The translations under genes were made by a program, and so were the position numbers. Shown here piece by piece: positions 1-13,304 of a stretch of DNA of 64,000 nucleotides. Position 1 is the first letter of the stretch. Every line of letters starts with the position of its first letter. The DNA is from Mizuhopecten yessoensis (taxonomy: Eukaryota): NCBI RefSeq assembly GCF_002113885.1, contig NW_018480057.1, positions 115,208 to 179,207 of the forward strand. The letters are read 5' to 3'. The notes below the pieces were generated by a model. That model made no database searches, had not been told where the DNA came from, and saw only the letters and a program-made list of their open reading frames with translations.

Positions 1-1958
1 AACTTTTTTTGAGAAGGCAATTAACGCGGAAAATTAACCTGGTAAGAATTGCAACGGTCACTGGTCTACGATCAGAGTTGTACGATGTCTATATAAAGAT
101 CTAATTGTCCGTAACATAATTTTGAAAAAGAGTTTATGAAATATTCCAGAGATCGTTTTTCACTAATTTCTGTATTTAAAAAGTAGTCACTCACTTCTCT
201 GGAAATGGTACACATATTGTTGAATTCTCGTTATTTTTAGAGGAATAGAAAATTTCACATACATCTGATTAACAGAAAGTAAAAATAGAATGTAGAACAA
301 CTTGGAACTCTTCTTCGTTTGAGAAATAACACAGTTTTCTTAGACTCTCTGCCTTAAGTTCATTTTTGTTTTTACTCCATTCTCTTATCGTTGATAGTTA
401 GCAACTTAGATTCGGGAAATCTTACTGAAGCGACGAATTTCAATTTTGTGATATAGGTTCGATCTTGTTTACCCGTACTTTTTTTGTTTCCTGAAAAATA
501 CGTTAGAAATTATCTTATTTATTATAATACATATCTATTGTAATAGTCGAAATGAAATAAATGTACATTTATACACATATGGTAATCGGATGCTGGTTAT
601 CACTTTTGTTGAGCACGTGTGAAGTTTTCGAAAGTAGTTTCCTAATTATTTTCCATTTGTATTTGTAATTGTATATGTATTATTATTCTTAAACGGAAGA
701 AATAAGTTTTATAGCATTTGGTTTGGAACGCTGGCATTGAAAGAAACGTGAGATCAACAGATAGATGTGGATTTGTCTACGGAATATACGGCGGCGGCAT
801 TTTATATTATTATAAATGTTTTTGTGTAAAATGACATTCGTTGGAATTTTATTAAGTATTGATAATACATAGTTTTAATACATATCAGGATCATTTTGAC
901 ACTATACCAACGTATGAAAATGGATCACAACGTTAGTTTGAATTTTTATAAAAACATCGACAGATTCTGTGGATCAAATCTAAGGACCGGCATGGACTTA
1001 ATGCGATTGATTTTTTTCTTCAAAAACTATTATACATAGAAACAACATATATTTATTAAAAGTACGAAAATATGACAAAAACTGAAATATTCTTGTAGGA
1101 ATATGAGCTGGTCTTACAATGATACTGTGTATGTACATGTATATATATAATTTATACATGACCATCCGTGAAGGAATACGGTATATTAGACGAATTTAAA
1201 TTGAAACGTAACAGTGTCAAAGGGATCATAATTAAAGAAATGCAATACAGTTAACTTTCAAAACGTAGTTGGTTTAAAACTTCTAAATTATATTCATATT
1301 TAATTCTGATTTTGTTTTAAATATAATTTTGTATTGCAATAGTTACACATGAAATCATACGAATACTTGTTGTCTCTGATTGATACACACGGAATAAAAT
1401 AAGATTAGGTAACTTGAAAGTAGCGAGGTCCATGTTACAGGTAGGTGAAACCATATTAAACATTTATTTAAAGTGTAGACTTGTAAGGACCAACATTTTC
1501 ATTCTGTTCATAATTTAATACAACCGTCTCTTTTATTTTCCATTTCTACAAACTCAAAAAAACACACGAAAATTTGGGGAATTGAGTGGGCGGCACCTCG
1601 ATGATACACACCATCTAATCAGTCGCATGATGCGGTGTATTGCGTAAGCTCCGCCCATTATGACAGGAGGGCTACTGTGCTGAGGTGTGATTGACGTTTC
1701 AGACCAACCAATAATTTTGGGTGATTTCACAGTGCAGGGACAGCCGGCTTGTCCGCCTCGGTAGATTTTTCAATAAACTTATGTTGATCAGTAAACTGTG
1801 ATAACATTTTATACAATGTATACTAAACGGAGACACTTATAATGATGTGTTAATTAACGTACCGGTCCTTTTCAATTATAATCTAGATTGTTTAAAGGGG
1901 AAATCGTGTAATCTAGTCAAATTAACCGACACTTGCACATCGTAAATGTTGCCCCAAT

Positions 1959-1993
1959 NNNNNNNNNNNNNNNNNNNNNNNNNNNNNNNNNNN
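1959..1993. other. Assembly gap (35 N)
   Basis: Run of N followed by a C-run. Confidence 0.99.
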
Positions 1994-2381
1994 CCCCCCC
2001 TAGTATGTGCTGGCATTTCTTTTCCGTTCGAGAGATTCAAGTAGGGCTTTCTGTCCGGTGTGCCGATTGTTACTGTGCATCTGTGGTACCGTAGACAGGA
2101 ACAGCCGCCACAGCAGACACATACATGGCCCAAAGTTTGAATAAAACTTGAACTAGTAATATACTGTATTTTCTCTGTCCAGAGTTAATCTCCATCACCC
2201 ATGAACGCGGGATAGTCGCGGAGGGCTTATCAATGTAAAGCCGGCGGATCTACCTTGATATAGCCGGCGTTTCTTCTGCGATCATCTGCGGCTACGAGCG
2301 ACAGGTATTAAAATTTGTCGCTCGGCGGGCGACTGAGTACCAAATCACCTGACGCGTACTGTACTTAATATCAGAACATAC

Positions 2382-5300
2382 CTGGAAGAGATCTAATTGT
2401 GTGCGTCCTTCTATGTTGACGACTTTGTTTTCACGCTTGCCCATCTGTTTACTCTGGAAAGTTGACTCCTTTATAACTGACTTGATGTCTCGGATACGTC
2501 CTAGGAATGTGAAGTCCTTCACTTTGAGATGATTGGCCCGATTGATAAGGTAAGGGGTGTCAAAGTTCTGGATATTATAACCAGTGATGATGTCTGGGTC
2601 CACCTCTCGTACAAATGCTGCCCATCTCTGTGATAAATAAGTGTTCAATGTTTTAAAGTTATATTCCAGCAGTGAAAAGGGACTAATAACCGAATGGTTA
2701 ATCAAGTCAAAAAATCTACTTGAAGCCAGGGCTCCAAAAGTAAAGTACTTCTATCAATGATTGGGTGTCCTTCCTATTATTTTATTGTGGTTGATACCCC
2801 TAACAAGTCCTGGGATGGACTACATATTTTTTTGAATATCCCTAAATTGAATGTGCAATAATCAAATTCATCCCACATTATAATTTATTCTGTATTCAAT
2901 TTATACTGTATCATAATGTAAATAATATCAGTACATATGAAATTTATTCTTAAATATGTTGGGACAACCTCCTTTGTCCATATTGACAGGGTACAAGAAG
3001 CAGAGTAAGAACTAGCACTAATATGTCCGCCTCCTTCATATAACACAGAATGTGAGCCTATGACTTGGGCACAGGTGTTGAGTATGACCGCTATCTACTG
3101 CATTGCCTTGTTCGTGAGACAGAGGACTCTAATCAAGACTTGCACAGATATATTCAGCATAACCTAGCTCTAACATGTTTACCTGCTTCATGTAACACTG
3201 AATCTGAGCCTACAGTATGACCAGGACACAGGTGTTGAATATGACTTACCTCTAACATGTGGGCAACCTTCATGTAACAGTAAATATAATCTGAGCCTAC
3301 AGTATGACCAGGTCACAGGTGTTAAATATGACTTAGCTCTAACATGTTTACCTGCTTCATGTAACACTGAATCTGAACCTACAGATGACCAGGACACAGG
3401 TGTTGAATATGGCTTATCTCTAACATGTGGGCAACCTTCACGTGACAGAAATCAATATCACCATCACTTTGAGTCCGCCTTAGGCTAAGCTCAAACTCAA
3501 TTTCCCAGACTCAATAGTCATACTCAGCTTGAGTCAACTCAACATGGTAGTATAAGGTCTGAGAGCAGTGTACCTATGACCTTGGTGCAGGTATCGAGTA
3601 TACCATACCTCTAACATGTCAGCTTCCTTCATGTGACACAGGACTTGTGATCCTATGACTGGAGCACAGGTGTTGAGGGTGAACACATTCCTAATAAATG
3701 GTTCATGGTCACCCTGCCTGATCACCATGTTTGCAATCTGTATTACCGGATCCTTGTTTGCCTCCGGGAAGATTCCTGTCATTAACAACATAAAATGAAT
3801 TGTAATTTACTACTTGAAATGTACCTATGTTGTCCAACTGGTTATTCTTTAATTTCTAATATATATCACATACACATTATGATATACTTCAGTGAGAAAA
3901 CAAAAAATTAAGTCACTTCTCAAGATGTGTTCTAAGATGAAAATTTAAAAAAAAATATTGTTATCGGTGCATTAAAGTTAAAACTTTCCAGATATCACAG
4001 CCAGCCGTATATCAGCCATTTTTCCAGGTACTTCTATTTAATCCTGTATTACAACTCTTTTTGCATTTCCATTCAGGCAAAATGAAATGACCAATATCAG
4101 TTGATAAAACTTGTTTCAGAATTATCTTAAAATAAATCCTAAATTAGTCATATGAGAAGAGAAAGAGCGAATGGTTTAAGTAATGAATAGGGGGCAATTA
4201 ACAGATCTAGAAACGATGCACGAAAATTCACCACTTCTGAAAAGGCCCCATTTTAGTAACTTTTAGCTACTTCATCATAGTAGAAGTGCCTAGAGTGTTT
4301 AAAAGAACATAGAATTAAAAAAATTACCAACTATCTGCAAATAAAGCGAGAAAACTGACCAAAAGTGACTTCAGATATCTAGTTTACTAAGGCCAAATAA
4401 AATTAATTACTAGGTTCTCGGGCCAATATTTTCAAAAGAGATGCAGCATAACTCCATTTTACATGGCAAAAACGATACGAGGGCCATTTTTTTTTATTGT
4501 GTAGTTTATAAAACGTTCATTGTTGGCATTACCTTGTCTTTTTATAGTTGTGTATAGACCCGTCATAGAGCAAGCCTCCGAAAATCCCCCCACGATGTTC
4601 CAGACGAGAATCACGAACCCCCCATTCCTTATTTGTACCGAAATGAGCGCCATTTGTACACAAGACTAATAAGTCATAATCATTTCAACGCTTGCCTGTA
4701 TATCAATCCTTATCTTTATTCAAATGTTTTCGGGACTAGGATGACTAACAAGTAAAAACGACATGCGGACCAATTTTCCGGATTTTTTTAAAGACAGCGG
4801 CTGGCGCATTCACATTTTTTTTTTTATTACTTTCACGATAAAATCGGCAATGCCGTGCCCTAAAAAACATGTGCCCAGGCCTGAGAACCAAGTAATCAAA
4901 TTTGTATCTAAAGGCATACCAAACTTTATGTTATATCCGGGTAATATCCGACAGTATTCTATAGCTGATCAACTTACCCTTCCTACCAGCACATTCTATG
5001 TCGTAACTGAGGATCCTTAGGGGCGCTACCTTCGACCATTCTCCATCTGGAGCATGAGATATGAAGTCTTCCCAAGACACGTCCAGCTCAACCTGGCACC
5101 GTGAAGTGTGTGGAGGGTGACGGATGTCGGAGTTTGACGAGTTCCTTCGGTCTCGCAGCTGGTATTTACTGGCAGGAACTTCAATCCAGTTACAGCCAAC
5201 CACATCACTGTCTACCATGAAGCTAGAACACAGACAGAAATCACGACTGTAAATGACCCACCATTATTTACGATCAACACAAAAACCTTTTAAAATATCT

Positions 5301-8300
5301 ATCTCTTTTTTTGGTTTGTTGAAGGTTTTATGTTTTAACAATAAATTCATACGAATGTGAATTTTCAATTGAAAAATCGTTGTTATCACTTCCAATCAGT
5401 AAGTCTCTTGTCCTATTCAAGTGAAACCTTCAAATTCTCCCTCAATACCATCTTAAAGTGTGTTGAATAATTCTTCATATTATAGGAACGGCACCCTTGT
5501 TGCATTTTATAGCAAGTTATTTCTTAATAATTTAACCCTCCCTGCAGCAACCTTACTGGTAATCCAATCAAATCAATGTTTGTAAAAGAAAGTAAAGGTG
5601 TTTATTTTGAAAACTGAGCATTAATAAGGCCTTGCGTGATTGGTCCATACTGTTAAAGATAACCAAAACATGGGTAGAAAATGGAAACATTTCGTTTGGA
5701 ACACAATGTTTTAACTGCTGACACGGCCAGTACTCTGAATATAAACCAACCATGCTGACTTTTATCCAACCGTGCTGACTTTGAAATGAAAATGCTGACT
5801 TTTAAATGATCATGCTGACTTTAAAACGACAATGCTGAGTATAACCTAACCATGGTAATTTAAAGTGAATTTCAGTAAAAAGTCAGCATGGGTGCGTTAA
5901 ACATTACCATGATATGAGGAAAGTCAGCATTTTGTTGCACTGGTGACTACAGAATTCTGAATTGCATCAGACTTGGGTAATATAACTGGACATTTCTGAA
6001 TATAACTTGACCACTCTGAATTTTTACTGCAATTCACTTTATATTACCAGTGGATAGCTTAAATTCAGGAGGGATGGCTAAAATTACATATTCTCTAATG
6101 CAGCAAGACAAAGGATTTGTAAAAGAAACTGAAGACTTAATAGTTTTGTGAAACAAACAAATTTCAAAATTCATATTAGGAATCCCAAAATCAAATATAA
6201 GTTTCGATGAATGAATATCATATTTATTTAGAAATATTTCTTTCATCACTCTTAATATAATCTTAAACTTAAATTGCCAAATAATTAACATAAAATAATT
6301 TTGTCACAGATATCCACCAATAAATTCTTACCGAACTTCAAAGTCTATGTTGCTTTCATATGACTGGTATCCATACTGTAAATAGCCTGGGCAAGTAAAT
6401 CCCTGCTCCAACAATCGCTTGGCTGGCGCAATTAAACGAGGAAGGGAAACGGTGATCTTCAGAAATGGCACTTTTCTGTTGCCATGGTACCCATAGATGC
6501 CTAAATAGATTTGAAACCCAATCAGTCAACAATCAAAGTAATTCATTCACTTACTCACCTTTTTAATTAATTTTCTAGCAACTTATGTGCAAAAGGTTTT
6601 TGCAAAATATTTTTGTGTTCATGTATTGTTGTACTAAAATACATTTTACAACATGGGTGGTGCATACAAATGAGAACAACTCACTTTCCTTGTTGACCAT
6701 GTCGACAGCCAGCACAGCATTCTGTAAACCCTCTCGGTTAGACCTCAGGTCCTTCATAACAACAGTGTCGAGTTCCTTCTGTAAACACAATGTAAAACCC
6801 TAGTAACACAGTAGTATTAAAATATTGCAATGTGTTGTGTCTGACTCTGAATTATCAATTGATTAATATAAAATATTTTTATTTTCATGCTAATAACAAA
6901 ATCTACATATTTTTATTTCTTTCCTTAAAAAAAGTATAAATGAATTGTCAGCAAATTTCTGCCAAATGTTAGTTCCATTCTTCACTTGATTATTTTTGAA
7001 AATTTAAACATCGTTTTGATGTTGAAAAAACAAACAAGCATGTCATCATTAGAAACAAGAGCCCCAATGGGCCTGCATCGCTCACCTGGTTTTAATCTCA
7101 CACTTGTAATATTGAAAGTGGACTAAAATACAGCTACAGGCAAAATATCAGTGTTTGATTCATAAGAACCAATTAAAAGATTTAAACATATGAAGCATGT
7201 GACCTTGAATGTCGAACACGGACATCAGGTTGAACAGAGTTTATAGTCTTCCATCCCAGCATGCTTCTGGCAAAATATCATTACCTTGGACATTTTGGTT
7301 ATACAGAACAAATCATTTTAAGATTTAACATATATTGACCACTGTGACATTGAGTATGGGCAAAGGTCATTCACTTGGTAGTCCTTCATCCCAGCATGTT
7401 AATGGCCAAATATCATCACCCTTGGCCTTTTGCTTATATTAAGAAGAAGTCTTTTAAAGGTTTTTTAACATATTTGACCCCTGTGACCTTAAATATATGT
7501 CAAGGTCATTCATTTGAACAAACTTGGTAGTCCTTCATCCCAGCATGTTACTGGCATTATCCTAGGCCTTTTGGTTATTGAGAAGAAGCCATTTGAAGAT
7601 GTTAAGACATTTGACCCCTGTGACCTTGAAAGTTGGTCAAGGTCATTCATTTGAACAAACTTGGTAGCCCTTCATCCCACAGGCCAAATATTAGCAGAGC
7701 TGCCAACCTTAGAGATTAAGAAATAGTAATCTGCGATCGCTTTTTTACAAACATGTATTCATTACCTTTTATTGTTTTTCTCTAAACGTCTGAATGGATA
7801 ATTTCCTTTTTTTCCTAGGAGAATTCACATTGAATTAACTCCAGCCTATCTCGAGAATCGATGCAAACGCACGAGTGTATCTGATTTGCGATTATAATAC
7901 TGAAAACGGACATCGGGACCGGATTACGGCGAAACTAACAAAAAAACAGAAAAATTCCGGATTTTAAAAAAAAAATCGTAATTTTACTTGGAAAATCGTA
8001 CTAGCGTAATTCAGACCTCAAAATCATAATAATTACGCCTAAATCGTAAGAGTTGGCAGCTCTGTATCAGTACCCTGGGTCTGTTGGTTATTGAGAAGAA
8101 GTCATTAGAAGATTTTAACATATGTTACCCCTGTGACCTTGAAAGTGGGTCAAGGTCATTCATTTGAACACACTTGGTAGCCCTTCATTCCAGCATGCTA
8201 CAGGCCCAATATCAGTACCCTGGGCCTTTCGGTTATTGAGAAGAAGTTGTTTAAAGTAAAATATTGACGTGGGACGGACGACGCACCATGGCATATATTG

Positions 8301-11300
8301 ACCACTGTGACATTGAGTATGGGCAAAGGTCATTCACTTGGTAGTCCTTCATCCCAGCATGTTAATGGCCAAATATCATCACCCTTGGCCTTTTGCTTAT
8401 ATTAAGAAGAAGTCTTTTAAAGGTTTTTTAACATATTTGACCCCTGTGACCTTGAATATATGTCAAGGTCATTCATTTGAACAAACTTGGTAGTCCTTCA
8501 TCCCAGCATGTTACTGGCATTATCCTAGGCCTTTTGGTTATTGAGAAGAAACCATTTGAAGATTTTAAGACATTTGACCCCTGTGACCTTGAAAGTTGGT
8601 CAAGGTCATTCATTTGAACAAACTTGGTAGCCCTTCATCCCATAGGCCAAATATCAGCAGAGCTGCCAACCTTAGAGATTAAGAAATAGTAATCTGCGAT
8701 CGCTTTTTTACAAACATGTATTCATTACCTTTTATTGTTTTTCTCTAAATGTCTGAATGGATAATTTCCTTTTTTTTCTAGGAGAAACGTCTTCTTGCCC
8801 GTCCAGTTTGACACGTTTTTCCGCCATTTTACTTCATCTACAAACGTCCTTTTCACATTGAATTAACTCCAGCCTATCTCGAGAATCGATGCAAACGCAC
8901 GTGTGTATCTGATTTGCGATTATAATACTGAAAACGGACATCGGGACCGGATTACGGCGAAACTAACAAAAAAACAGAAAAATTCCGGATTTTAAAAAAA
9001 AATCGTAATTTTACTTGGAAAATCGTACTAGCGTAATTCAGACCTCAAAATCATAATAATTACGCCTAAATCGTAAGAGTTGGCAGCTCTGTATCAGTAC
9101 CCTGGGTCTGTTGGTTATTGAGAAGAAGTCATTAGAAGATTTTAACATATGTTACCCCTGTGACCTTGAAAGTGGGTCAAGGTCATTCATTTGAACACAC
9201 TTGGTAGCCCTTCATTCCAGCATGCTACAGGCCCAATATCAGTACCCTGGGCCTTTCGGTTATTGAGAAGAAGTTGTTTAAAGTAAAATATTGATGTGGG
9301 ACGGACGACGCACCATGGCATAAGCTCACTTGGCCTTCTGGCAGGTGAGCTAAAAATACAATATGGTACACATGTACAGCATTATAAAAAGTTGGCTACG
9401 TATTTGTAATACATTGGAATTCAGATAGCGTGCACTAATTAGTATTTATATTGCTGTACTTATTTTGATTGGCAGTACATGTCAACAGCCCTATAAAACA
9501 CCATTTACGTGAATTTTATTCAAATCCAGATATCTGCAAGATGTTTTAACTTCAGATAGACTATCAAATATGGAACAAATAAAAAAACTTTATATCTCAC
9601 AAAACATAAATATAATGGTGACAAACAGCACCCAGTACAACAGCATTACCCTGAAAGCATCACAATCCTGACTCTTAAAGCCTGGCTGAGCAGGGACGAA
9701 GAAGTAAGGTGCATAGCCGTGCATGTGGGCAAGTACACAGTGTCCCTCCATTGTCACACCATACATCCTAATGATAGGTACTGGCCCGCTCGTACATCCA
9801 GGCATACCTGGCATGTGTTTACCTGTAAACACAAAGCTTGATTTAGCCATTTGTAGTCTCTGTACACATCATAGTTCTTAATTACTACTGAAAATATATT
9901 TTCAATGTAGATCTGCAAACATAAGGACCAAAATAAAGAGGGAATATATATTCAGATTTTTACTTTTTTGACGTGCAATAAAATATCCTGTTTAACACAA
10001 TGAGAATTTCGGTTACCATGTTTTGCTTAAAAAACAAATAAAAGACAAAAGCATGTTAATGGTAGCATACTTTTCGGTTACTGAAACAGGAAACCAAGCT
10101 CAAGATCTCTCACCAACATAATAATCCACATCCATCTGCTGAAAGGTCACACTGTCTTTTCGGGGGTCAAGAGTTGGAGCCAGAGGTCGAGACCACTTTG
10201 TACTGGTTGCCACATTGTCTGGACCATCACCTAAAACAAAACATGGAGGACTTGTAATGTTTCCAGTCAGACCTCGACTATGTAGGTGTAAACTTCTTTT
10301 ATTAGAATTTCAACAAAATAATTAGAGGTGTGTATCGCAAGGGTTATGACGATCGATACGTATCACGATACATGGGTCACGATATGATACGTATCGCGAT
10401 ACTTGTCACAACTTTCTGTACAAATATGTTACTATAGTTTTTCTTAATTTGAAACTTTTAACCTTGATATGAAATAAATATAAAGTGTTTGTATACCATG
10501 CTCAATTTATTTGTTTTGAAATGTCATCTATCTCATAAATTGTAAAGCATTTCTTTTTTTGATTATCCTACATAAACACATTCATTCAGATGATGAATTA
10601 TGTTGGGAAAACTGATCACACTAGCGCCTAATCGTTTATAATGGTAAGTTGGGTGTTGTCCCTTCGAGTAGGAGATCTGTTGACACCTGACCTGGTATGG
10701 GCAGAGCAGGTGCTGTCGGTAATATTAAATGTTGGTTTTACAAAAAATATGTTTTAAGAGAAACTTTGATCCTATTGATGGGGTACAATTTCAATTTTTC
10801 CTGAAATATACATCAGTTTTCCGAGTGTCTGCAAATCCAACTGGACCCGACAGCAATATTAGAGGAGTGAGTTTAGTTAAAGGCAGTCACTCACCAATCA
10901 GATATCAACGAGGACTGCTAACAGCTGAATTATGGCGACATAAAAACACCAAACTCTTAAGATTTCAGCTTTTCCTTCTTTTAGGAGATTGTTTTCAGTC
11001 CCTTCTAATTATCTTTTAAACTGTAATTGACATCATTGCCGATTCAAACCGTATTTATGTGTCCCTGTGAGTTCCTGCAAGTACTAAATATTTCTGAAAA
11101 TGTCTGAATTATTGCCGATAAATGGTCGCAATACAGGACTGGTAACCAGTCTAAAAGAGCGGTAACTGGCCGTATATAACGTTTTTAAAGTAACGCGATA
11201 CTATCGGCGAATGCCACGATGCATCGGCAATCAAGAAATGATACGATTCAACGATGCATCGTCGAATCGCTACACCGCTAAAAAATAATATAAAACCCAT

Positions 11301-12580
11301 TGTTCTTTTAGACTCGAAAAAAGGATTCTTAAAAAGCCAGTCAACTTAATTTGTGCCTGTTCATCAACAGCAACATTGACTGAAAGATGTCTGCATGAGG
11401 AATGTTAAATTTGTTACACCTAGAACTTTGTGACAGTGATACACTAATAAGAACGCCCAGTGTTCAAACTTAACGGTACGTCAAAAGACAGTCGCTATAG
11501 AAAATGCTGTCTATTAATTGGCATTTATTTAGTTCATAGACCAAGCTTGTAGGGATCTTGTAAATATTTAGATATATGCATCTGTGTTTTTGTTACCTAA
11601 ATTTTACAACAGCCTGTTCCTTTATGAATTGGGAAAATATAGCACTATTTGTATTAAAATCGGGAATAGATTCCTCATTTTTTTGATATTTTGAGAAAAT
11701 AAGGCACTTTTTAGCTAAGGGAAACAGCCTGTATTTGGCAGAAAAACTGTGCATCATGAGAAAATGTATTGTCACAGCTCTAAAGGAAAGATTTTTCTGA
11801 TACAACAACTATTTGTAAACTTTAACCTGCAACATCTGCCATGTCAACATCTCCCTTCATTTCATTTTCCATTTCATCAAACATTGCCAGCTCATCCTCA
11901 AAACCTGCTGGGTCCTCATCGTCAAAGTCATTTCTGAAATAGTTATATCTGTATTAGTATAATTTATTAAATCAATAATGTACAGCTCTATGCCGTCTCA
12001 GTTACATGATAAGTAAAAAAAATATGTATAGACTGTATCATCAAATGATAAAACACAGCACACATATACAAGCACAAGTCATACACATCCAAATGAAAAC
12101 TACTGAGAGAACACAGCATATATACATACAAGTCATACACAGCTAAATAAACCATATTTTCTTGATAAATTATGAACTAAGATATGTTGAGAAAAGGATA
12201 TTTTTTAATTACTTTTATTGCATAATGATTTTATTTCCTAAAATGAGTGGATGAATATTATCTGCATAATGAACTCAGTTGTGGAATTCATTAAAACAAA
12301 ATTTTGGTTCCCAATTGGGTATTTTAAATGCACAAACTGTTTCTACTGGGAATTGAACTTAAACAGTACCCAATACACTCCCGGAAGTGCCAATATTGGT
12401 TTTTAACAATTATGATTTTGGTAATTTGTCCTGATCATTTCATATTTATAAGGCAAATTCAATTTAGCTATCACTTTTGACAGATTCAACAGTTGAATTT
12501 AAAACTATTTATATACAATTAAGACATACAACAATGTACCTGGCTTTCTTTGCGGGTGGTCCCAACTTTTTAGCATCCAT
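2382..12580 (-). CDS. POLD1: DNA polymerase delta catalytic subunit, 5' part (N-terminal and 3'-5' exonuclease domains); incomplete at the 3' end
   Basis: Coding exons (minus): 12580-12540 ([14 protein letters not shown]), 11933-11827 ([12 protein letters not shown]), 10230-10114 ([14 protein letters not shown]), 9822-9650 ([22 protein letters not shown]), 6778-6685, 6500-6332 ([10 protein letters not shown]), 5222-4978 ([27 protein letters not shown], ExoI), 3775-3609 ([15 protein letters not shown]), 2627-2382 ([17 protein letters not shown], ExoII). All introns are GT-AG and phases are consistent. Confidence 0.97.
3014..3608 (-). repeat. Degenerate ~80-bp tandem repeats derived from the 3' end and donor of POLD1 exon 3775-3609
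   Basis: Units of the form ctctaacatg..ttcatgtaacac..atgac..cacaggtgttga match exon sequence 3609-3676. Confidence 0.75.
4387..4910. mobile_element. MITE with imperfect terminal inverted repeats
   Basis: aattactaggttctcgggcc (left) versus ggcctgagaaccaagtaatc (right, reverse complementary). No coding capacity. Confidence 0.5.
7695..8064. mobile_element. hAT-like MITE, copy 1 (internally deleted)
   Basis: TIR cagagctgccaac / gttggcagctctg; flanks tattag / tatcag. Confidence 0.8.
8658..9091. mobile_element. hAT-like MITE, copy 2, with 6-bp TSD
   Basis: Perfect 13-bp TIR cagagctgccaac. TSD tatcag on both sides. The empty site (aatatcagtacc) is present in neighbouring host units. Confidence 0.85.
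10323..11280. mobile_element. hAT-like non-autonomous element
   Basis: Termini tagaggtgt / acaccgcta, subterminal cgatac/gtatcg repeats, near-8-bp TSD aaaataat (one-base slip in the A-run). Confidence 0.65.
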
Positions 12581-12894
12581 TGTGTTTCTTTCTTTCCTAT
12601 GCCATGTAATATACTGTAAAGGAAGAACAAAAGGTTCCTTTAAAATTTACTAAAGAACACTTGCACATAACTGTAAACCAGATATATTAATAAGTATAAA
12701 TGTACTACAATATTAAGTATTTATACCGCACTAAAATAAGTACCGTGCATGCGCATTGTATTATATTGTTAAATACAATTGAAAAAATATATATATAAAA
12801 CATTGATTATAATTTAGTTTCATCTAAAACTACTGCCTAAAAATATTTGATATTTACGAATAAAAAATATCATGCTTTTATGGCAGGTTTTAAT

Positions 12895-13304
12895 TGTACA
12901 TAGGATTTAGGTTGCCTTAGCTTCTAGCTTCGAGTTAGAGGGAATTTCCCTTTAGCCCAGCTAGGAACCTGGAGATCGAGGGTGGAAGCACACTATTCTT
13001 TCCTGTTACAAATGGTGTCCGTGGCCCTCCCTGTGGTGACAGGGAGTTAGAATCTGGGTTGTGGTGTACGAGGACGAACACATTTAATAAAACCAATAGC
13101 TTGCAGTTTACGCCTTAGATAAAAGGGGGGGGGGGGGGGGGGGGGGGGGNTTTAATTGTACATAGGATTACCGGTAAGGTCGCCTTCTAATTTAGAGTTA
13201 GAGGGAAGTTCCCTTTAGCTCAGTGGTAGAGCGTCCAACTAGGAACCTGGAGTAATCGAGGGTTTGATTCCTGGTGGAAGCACCCTTTTCTCTTTCCTGT
13301 TACA
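12895..13304 (+). mobile_element. TRIM-like miniature LTR element with tRNA-like A/B boxes inside the LTR (Ajax-like)
   Basis: Direct repeats TGTACA..TGTTACA at 12895-13010 and 13157-13304. PBS-like aaTGGTGTCCG follows LTR1 and an A/G run (PPT-like) precedes LTR2. LTR2 contains TAGCTCAGTGGTAGAGC and GGTTTGATTCC. Confidence 0.7.

Larger units (their letters stand above)
7054..9356 (+). mobile_element. Non-autonomous Helentron/HINE-like ('pearl'-like) element with internal ~120-bp tandem units, an internal ~1-kb duplication and nested MITEs
   Basis: 5' aacaagagcccca..gctcacctg; 3' ggacggacg microsatellite, then hairpin agctcacttggcc-ttc-tggcaggtgagct followed by aaaaa. Subterminal inverted repeat gctcacctg/caggtgagc. 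Confidence 0.75.

Noticed and set aside
5728-5943. Element with ATGCTGACTTT repeats in both orientations
   Set aside because: Probably MITE subterminal repeats, but termini and TSD could not be defined.
13209-13285. Functional tRNA gene
   Set aside because: A/B boxes are present but the cloverleaf stems are imperfect, and the sequence lies inside an LTR-like direct repeat.
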